A stretch of DNA of 61,506 bases from Candidatus Subterrananammoxibius californiae. GTDB taxonomy: Bacteria; Planctomycetota; Brocadiia; Brocadiales; Subterrananammoxibiaceae. The stretch is from the NCBI GenBank assembly GCA_030586555.1, contig JAURAC010000014.1, positions 14,707-76,212 of the forward strand, written 5' to 3'. The notes under the pieces are model-generated. The model did no database searches. It was not told the DNA's origin and was given only the letters and a program-made list of their open reading frames with translations. This document shows positions 56,124 to 61,506 of this stretch, piece after piece. The position numbers and the translations under genes were made by a program. How positions within the stretch are numbered: the first letter of the stretch is position 1; the number at the start of each line of letters is the position of its first letter.

Positions 56124-56395
56124 CTAACCTTAAAACACCCACATCCAAGGCTTCTGAAAAATTTAATTATTGATTTATATAAAAAAGTCTGCTACACTCC
56201 ATGACAATTTTTACAATAACATAACTTTGTATGTATAATTCGTATGTATAATATGTATAAGCGTATAAAGGAGGTGGTTAAATGGGGGGGTAAAATGTCT
56301 GTAATTTATTCTTAAAGAAGTGTTTTAGTGTGCTGGACGGATTTACAATTAGAAAAGACAAGTAAACATACTTTGAAAGGAGGGGTGCCAGTAAA

Positions 56396-57463
56396 ATGAA
56401 AAGCATTAGACAAATTGGTAAAGTAAGCACTTGCTTGTTTTTTGTTCTTAGTATGGCTATTTACAACTTCCAAACAGGCACTGCTTGGTCAAATGGTGTC
56501 AGTTACACTAATGACATTCAACCACTTTTCACGACGAACGGAGCATGGTTTAATTATGGAGGCCTCGCATCTCTTGCATGTGGAGCATGCCATGCCTGGG
56601 ACGGAGTGGACGAAGAAGAAGGATGTAATCCAGCTTGCTATCATCTTATGAATTTAACAACCCACGCCGGCATGCTGGCTGGTGCAGATGTTGATCCTAA
56701 CACTGGCTGTGGAATACCGATACTCGGTCAAAGCGCATGTGGCAATACAGACTACGACTGGGATGAGAGTGTGCTGAGGCAGAGGCTCAGGAATAACAGG
56801 ATGCCTCCGGGTTGGCCATTTACTATTGATGAATCCAACAGGAACGGGCCTGACCTTTACTTTGATCGTGACCCAGTTCCAGACGGTTATACCGCTATGA
56901 GGATTCCAGGTAAATTTAAAATCCTTTTGAACGATGCGACTCAGGAGCTTGCATACGCAGATGAAGCAGGTGGCGCTCGCGGTAATGCCGTTGGTCTCAT
57001 CGGGGCATGGGTGGAGGGAACCGATGCCGGGTTACATGAAAGAAGCGTAGTTCCATACGGTGGGGTCAGTGATGTGAGATGGAGAGATGTTAAGCCATTC
57101 TTTACCCAGCCAAATACGTGGTATAACGGGTCCCTTGCATGTACATACTGCCACTATTGCACCGAGGAACCGCCGTGTTTTCATGCTATGGATTTGTCTT
57201 CTCCAGCCGGTCTGAGGGGTGGCGCTGATGAAGGCTCTGAGCCAATACTCGGTGAAAGCTTTGTTGGTTTTACGGACTTTGATTGGGATAATAGTGGTTT
57301 GAGAAAGAGGTTGCGGAATAACCGTATGCCTCCAGAGTCGCCATTTGTACTTGATGAATCAAACAGGAATGGACCAACAATAGTAGATACATTACACCCA
57401 GGAGGCATAAGCGCTGTTGATTTAATCGGTGAGTGGGTAGGTGCTGGTGCTCCAAATAACTAA
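56396..57463 (+). CDS. Exported diheme cytochrome c with two duplicated planctomycete-cytochrome-like domains
   Basis: Signal peptide; CGACH and CTYCH; both halves share RLRNNRMPP..DESNRNGP and LIG.WV. Confidence 0.82.
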   Translation: MKSIRQIGKVSTCLFFVLSMAIYNFQTGTAWSNGVSYTNDIQPLFTTNGAWFNYGGLASLACGACHAWDGVDEEEGCNPACYHLMNLTTHAGMLAGADVDPNTGCGIPILGQSACGNTDYDWDESVLRQRLRNNRMPPGWPFTIDESNRNGPDLYFDRDPVPDGYTAMRIPGKFKILLNDATQELAYADEAGGARGNAVGLIGAWVEGTDAGLHERSVVPYGGVSDVRWRDVKPFFTQPNTWYNGSLACTYCHYCTEEPPCFHAMDLSSPAGLRGGADEGSEPILGESFVGFTDFDWDNSGLRKRLRNNRMPPESPFVLDESNRNGPTIVDTLHPGGISAVDLIGEWVGAGAPNN

Positions 57464-57489
57464 ATCCTGACGAGGCGTAATTATTTGTA

Positions 57490-57517
57490 GTAGGGGCACG
57501 TTGCAACGTGCCCCTAC
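57490..57517. repeat. GTAGGGGCACG-TTGCAA-CGTGCCCCTAC REP-like palindrome
   Basis: Perfect inverted repeat. Confidence 0.85.
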
Positions 57518-57560
57518 AAAAGGCTGTCAATCCGTTTTGTGCGGGTCGGCAGCCTTTTTC
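57518..57560 (+). terminator. Probable intrinsic terminator
   Basis: AAAAGGCTGTC...GGCAGCCTTTTT hairpin with U-tract after the cytochrome gene. Confidence 0.6.
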
Positions 57561-57597
57561 TTTGCAATAATATTAGTATTTTGTATAATACCACGAC

Positions 57598-57655
57598 GGT
57601 AGACAACGAACTTTATGTTCGTTGATGTCAACGAGGTAAAACCTCGTTGTCTACC
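57598..57655. repeat. GGTAGACAACG palindromic element
   Basis: GGTAGACAACGAACTTTATGTTCGTTGATGTCAACGAGGTAAAACCTCGTTGTCTACC. Confidence 0.85.
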
Positions 57656-57721
57656 ACTTTGTCATTGCGAGGAGCGTTAGCGACGTGGCAATCTCATCCA
57701 TCGTGTCAGGAGTATTTACGT

Positions 57722-58756
57722 ATGTTGTTTTTCGCACATGAAGAATATCTCTGGGTTGTTTATCTTGCCTCAGGAATAGTGTTTTTCTTCTACCTATACA
57801 CCATTAACAGGAAAAAAAGGTGGCTGAAGAGTTTCAGTAGCCAATCAACGCTATTAGAAAGATTTAGTCGTCTTCCTGGGTTCTGGTCTGAAATCCTGAA
57901 GGCATTTGCTATCAGCGCTTCGGTCCTTGGTCTTGGCCTTGTGCTTCTCGGTCCAAAGTGGCGTACAACTGAAAAGTATTATGAGAAAGAGGGGATGGAG
58001 ATTGTTTTTGTCCTCGATGTGTCTTTGAGCATGCTCGCAGAGGATGTTAAACCAGACAGGCTTCAAAGGGCAAAGATTGAGATAGAAAATCTTGTCAAGA
58101 GCCTTGAGGATGACTATCTTGGACTTGTGGTGTTTGCTGGCAAGTCCTTTTCCCTGCTGCCTTATCTTACCTTAGATTACGAGAAAATCTTTCTTAGAAT
58201 CCTCAGGATGGTTAACGAGACCTACTCAAGATTCGTCCCCTTCGGCACAAATATAGGCCATGCCCTTTTAACCGCCCTATCTTCTTTTACTGACAGACCA
58301 AACGAAAAAATTGCTATCCTTGTTACTGATGGAGAGGAACATATCGCAGTAAGGAGTCAGGTTGCCGAAGCTATAGGACTTTTTCTCGAAAAAAAGAATA
58401 TTTCGATTTACATGATTGGCATTGGTGACCCAAATAAAGCATCACGCATCCCTAAGAAGGACGAACATGGCAACATAATAGGATATGAGGTTGATGCACA
58501 GGGAGAATTCATTGAAACAAGACCCAACCCGTCATTGCTGCAAGAGGTAGCACAGGTAACAGGTGGAACTTATATACATGACGCAACTGGTGAGGAGTTA
58601 AGGAGTATCTTTAGTAAAGCCATAGAGAGGCACAGAAAGATTACAGGGGTAAGGGATAGAAGTGTCGTTAAGGAGTTCTTCCAGCCAATACTTGGAGTCG
58701 CATTGCTGTTCTTAGCCCTTAGTTTGTTGCCAGAGACGGGTATCAAATTTCGGTAG
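57722..58756 (+). CDS. VWA-domain membrane protein (BatB-like)
   Basis: LDVSLSM MIDAS, GTNIG, VTDGEE; ATG 57722 preferred because the upstream extension is repeat-derived. Confidence 0.88.
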   Translation: MLFFAHEEYLWVVYLASGIVFFFYLYTINRKKRWLKSFSSQSTLLERFSRLPGFWSEILKAFAISASVLGLGLVLLGPKWRTTEKYYEKEGMEIVFVLDVSLSMLAEDVKPDRLQRAKIEIENLVKSLEDDYLGLVVFAGKSFSLLPYLTLDYEKIFLRILRMVNETYSRFVPFGTNIGHALLTALSSFTDRPNEKIAILVTDGEEHIAVRSQVAEAIGLFLEKKNISIYMIGIGDPNKASRIPKKDEHGNIIGYEVDAQGEFIETRPNPSLLQEVAQVTGGTYIHDATGEELRSIFSKAIERHRKITGVRDRSVVKEFFQPILGVALLFLALSLLPETGIKFR

Positions 58757-58864
58757 CAACGGCAATGGAAGTTAAGAAGTTAGGAAGCTGAGAACCTAAG
58801 AAGCACTTCTTAACTTCCTATCTTCCAAAGTTCATAACTTCTGTTGTGATAGGAGAAAGGCAAA

Positions 58865-59371
58865 ATGGATTTCTTAGAGCTTGTACGCACAAGGCGAAGT
58901 ATAAGGGCATTTAAACCGGATAGTATAGAGGATGAGAAACTGAATCGCATCTTAGAGGCGGCGAGACTCGCCCCAACGGCAGCCAATCGCCAGCCCATAT
59001 ATTTTGTAGTTGTAAAGGACAAAAAAACAAAACAGGCGTTAAAGAATGCCTATAACCAGGAATGGTTTTATACAGCGCCAGTAATTATATGCGCATGTTG
59101 TGTTCCCAAACAAGCATGGGTAAGAAACGATGGCAAAAATTACTGCGAGGTTGATGTTACTATCGCTATGGATCACCTTATCCTTGGCGCATGGGCTGAA
59201 GGGCTTGGCACATGCTGGATTGCCGCCTTTAAACCATCTGTAGTGAAGGATGCACTCAAACTTCCAGAAGGTGTAGAGCCCATTGCCTTGACACCTCTCG
59301 GATACCCAAAGACAGTTCCTTCGCCAACACATAGAAAGGCTATTAGTGACATCCTTAAGATAATTGGTTAA
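58865..59371 (+). CDS. Nitroreductase family protein
   Basis: RRSIRAF, APTAANRQP, GLGTCWI. Confidence 0.93.
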   Translation: MDFLELVRTRRSIRAFKPDSIEDEKLNRILEAARLAPTAANRQPIYFVVVKDKKTKQALKNAYNQEWFYTAPVIICACCVPKQAWVRNDGKNYCEVDVTIAMDHLILGAWAEGLGTCWIAAFKPSVVKDALKLPEGVEPIALTPLGYPKTVPSPTHRKAISDILKIIG

Positions 59372-59592
59372 AGGCTTTGACCTGAGTTCAGCCGACACGT
59401 TATGACGACATGTTGCGAAGGTTTCAATATTTATATTGATAATTGTAACAGATATGGTATAGTTTTGCAGTTTTGACAAATACAGAATTCAGAAGTCAGG
59501 AGACAGGAGTCAGTAGAAAACGCCCTTTTTTCTGTATTTTGAATTCTGACTACTGTATTCTGTCTACAGAAAAACAGAGTGGAGATTGTGTA

Positions 59593-60537
59593 ATGCGGAA
59601 TATCGTAGCAATAACACTGCTTTTATTAGCGCCTTGCATGGCTATTTATGCCGATACCATCGAGCTAAAAAGTCTTGAAGAAGGTTTTGAGGGAAAGGTT
59701 ATTGAACTGGCACAAGATTACATTGGAGTGGCTATTTCTGAAAAAGACGTTAAATCCGTAACAATCCATCCTAATGCCCAGCAGGCATATCCAGACATTG
59801 TTTCATTACACACAAGCGATACTAAGCTCGAATGTAAGGTGATAAGTGTAAGTCCTGATAACATTGGGATAAGGATTCCAAAAACTGAAGTACTCTCTAT
59901 ACACGTGGTTTTTGCTCCAGAAGTAGCAAAACCCGAAAAGACTGTAGGGGCGGGGTTACCCCGCCCCTCTGTTCCGAAGCAAGAAATTGAGAAAGAGGCT
60001 GAAACACATGCAGTGGAGCAGCCAATTAGCCGTGAAGCAGCAAAAGAAAAAATCAAAAAAGATGTAATACAAGAACTCAGAGCAGACAAAGCGCTAGAGG
60101 AAGAGGCATGGCCAAGCCCACAAGTATTTAAGGAGGAAATAAAGAAAGAGCTAAAAGAGGAACTCGAGGAGAAGCAGGAAGTCGAAGAAAAAGTATTTCA
60201 AGAAACTAAACTTGGAAGGGTTGAAGGCAAGATACTGCGAAAATGGCAGCCGCTTCCTGATTGTGAGGTGAGAATATTAATGCTCGTTAAAGCCAAAATC
60301 CCACTTACTAAAAGTTTTTATCAACCAGAGCTTCCAACCGAATATGAAGGAATTACTGATAGTGAGGGATACTATCATTTTATAAACGTTGCTCCGGGTG
60401 AATACAAGATATATTGGAAGCCGCCTACAGAATCATGCTGGATACGCCGTCTCGATATGAAGCCAGACATAATCGTTGAAGGAGGGAAAACAACATATCC
60501 AAAGGATATTGAGACTTTCAAACGTGTCCTGAACTGA
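59593..60537 (+). CDS. Exported protein with C-terminal carboxypeptidase-regulatory-like domain
   Basis: Signal peptide from ATG 59593; charged linker; TDSEGYYHFINVAPGEYKI. Confidence 0.75.
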   Translation: MRNIVAITLLLLAPCMAIYADTIELKSLEEGFEGKVIELAQDYIGVAISEKDVKSVTIHPNAQQAYPDIVSLHTSDTKLECKVISVSPDNIGIRIPKTEVLSIHVVFAPEVAKPEKTVGAGLPRPSVPKQEIEKEAETHAVEQPISREAAKEKIKKDVIQELRADKALEEEAWPSPQVFKEEIKKELKEELEEKQEVEEKVFQETKLGRVEGKILRKWQPLPDCEVRILMLVKAKIPLTKSFYQPELPTEYEGITDSEGYYHFINVAPGEYKIYWKPPTESCWIRRLDMKPDIIVEGGKTTYPKDIETFKRVLN

Positions 60538-60547
60538 CACTTTTTAT

Positions 60548-60616
60548 GGTAGACAACGAACTTTATGTTCGTTGCATCGAAGCAAACATCAACGAGGTAA
60601 AACCTCGTTGTCTACC
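60548..60616. repeat. GGTAGACAACG palindromic element with central insert
   Basis: Near-identical to the 57598 copy plus an 11-bp larger centre. Confidence 0.85.
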
Positions 60617-60664
60617 AATTACATAATTAAAGCGCAATTTTTGCTTGATTTTTAAATAGCTTTG

Positions 60665-60680
60665 TGGTATTACATCTGCA
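60665..60680 (+). promoter_or_regulatory. Possible sigma-54 promoter
   Basis: TGGTATTACATCTGCA has GG-N10-GC spacing upstream of the 60839 gene. Confidence 0.4.
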
Positions 60681-60838
60681 CCATAAACAATTATTTAAGT
60701 GGCAAAAACGGTATGGTAGCACCTTCTCCATCAGTGCTAACCAGATGTTTGAATTTTTATAATTGTGCAGTTTTGAGGTCTGGACGGGACATTCTGCGGA
60801 GTTTAAGCCCCTCGAAACAAATAAAACGGAGCAATAAA

Positions 60839-61506
60839 ATGATGAGAAAAACAATCGTAGTGTTTTTACTTAGTTGGGTCTTTGTTGCCACATTTATTGT
60901 AACGTCCGTAGAGAATGCGAATGCCATTCCCCCTTTTGCAAGAAAATATAAGACAAGCTGCCAGACATGCCACGTAGCCTTCCCAAAGTTAAATCCCTTT
61001 GGTATGGCATTCAGGGCAAGTGGATACCGTATGCCGGGCGGCGATGAAGTGTTTGTAAAGGATGAGCCGGTAGCGCTGGGCGCTCCAGCCTACAAGAGGG
61101 TCTGGCCAAAGGCTGTATGGCCCGGTGATATTCCTTACTTGCCGCCAGTTGGTTTTACAATATTCTCAAATTTATGGATTGGCGAGGATAACGAGACGAC
61201 TACAGAGTTTGACGGCCTTGAAGAATTTGCTCTCCTTTTAGGTGGCACACTCGGTGAAAGTTGGTCGTTTTTCTTTGATTACAGATTATACCTGTGGGGA
61301 ACACAGGGCTGGCTTGACAGGGCTTTTGTCATTTACACCCCTCAGTGGTTTGAACCCATTGGTATCGTTAATATGCAGATAGGTCAATTTGAACCACGAG
61401 CAACGCCATTTTTGGGTGGACATCGCAACCTGATTACCATTAAAGGCACGCCAATGGCTGTTTTCTGGCCCGTTTATCCCATCGGGCAAAGGTGGGGGTT
61501 TTTCCC
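60839..61506 (+). CDS. Cyc2-like monoheme cytochrome c / beta-barrel fusion (partial, runs off right edge; not in ORF track)
   Basis: Manual translation: signal peptide then AIPPFARKYKTSCQTCHVAFPKLNPFGMAFRASGY, followed by aromatic-rich alternating strands; no stop before the edge. Confidence 0.8.
   Translation, partial: MMRKTIVVFLLSWVFVATFIVTSVENANAIPPFARKYKTSCQTCHVAFPKLNPFGMAFRASGYRMPGGDEVFVKDEPVALGAPAYKRVWPKAVWPGDIPYLPPVGFTIFSNLWIGEDNETTTEFDGLEEFALLLGGTLGESWSFFFDYRLYLWGTQGWLDRAFVIYTPQWFEPIGIVNMQIGQFEPRATPFLGGHRNLITIKGTPMAVFWPVYPIGQRWGFF

Noticed and set aside
59455..59469. Sigma-54 promoter TGGTATAGTTTTGCA
   Set aside because: GG-GC spacing is 9 rather than 10; a sigma-70 reading fits better

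Overview
A 61.5 kb bacterial chromosomal window of mostly core genes. The gene families (Minf_1886 family, planctomycete-type cytochrome c domains, tandem NDK, multiple c-type cytochromes) fit Planctomycetota, probably the Ca. Brocadiia/anammox-related lineage; this is inference. Content includes lysC, a glnK-amt-TPR-diheme cytochrome cluster, LPS genes (lpxK, hldE, gmhA, waaF, with a B12 radical SAM gene embedded), a TPM/LemA operon, a secreted PHP-type hydrolase, a formate dehydrogenase alpha subunit, thiC, rluB, manA, recN, a Gld-like ABC system, a 2-hydroxyacyl-CoA dehydratase/activase pair, metG and tRNA-Ala(GGC). Two edge-truncated genes are missing from the ORF track: an 8-repeat beta-propeller protein (left) and a Cyc2-like cytochrome-porin (right). 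Most unusual signals: (1) two toxin-antitoxin-like cassettes each bounded by a diverged duplicate of a neighbouring gene end (manA 3' end, rluB 5' end), leaving the old manA/rluB junction stranded between them, with no integrase in the window; (2) several families of short palindromic and 7-8-mer repeats that occur intergenically, nested in one another, and in frame inside many proteins; (3) the Cyc2-like protein and other unusual heme proteins; (4) two candidate structured RNAs. No CRISPR array, transposase or integrase was seen.
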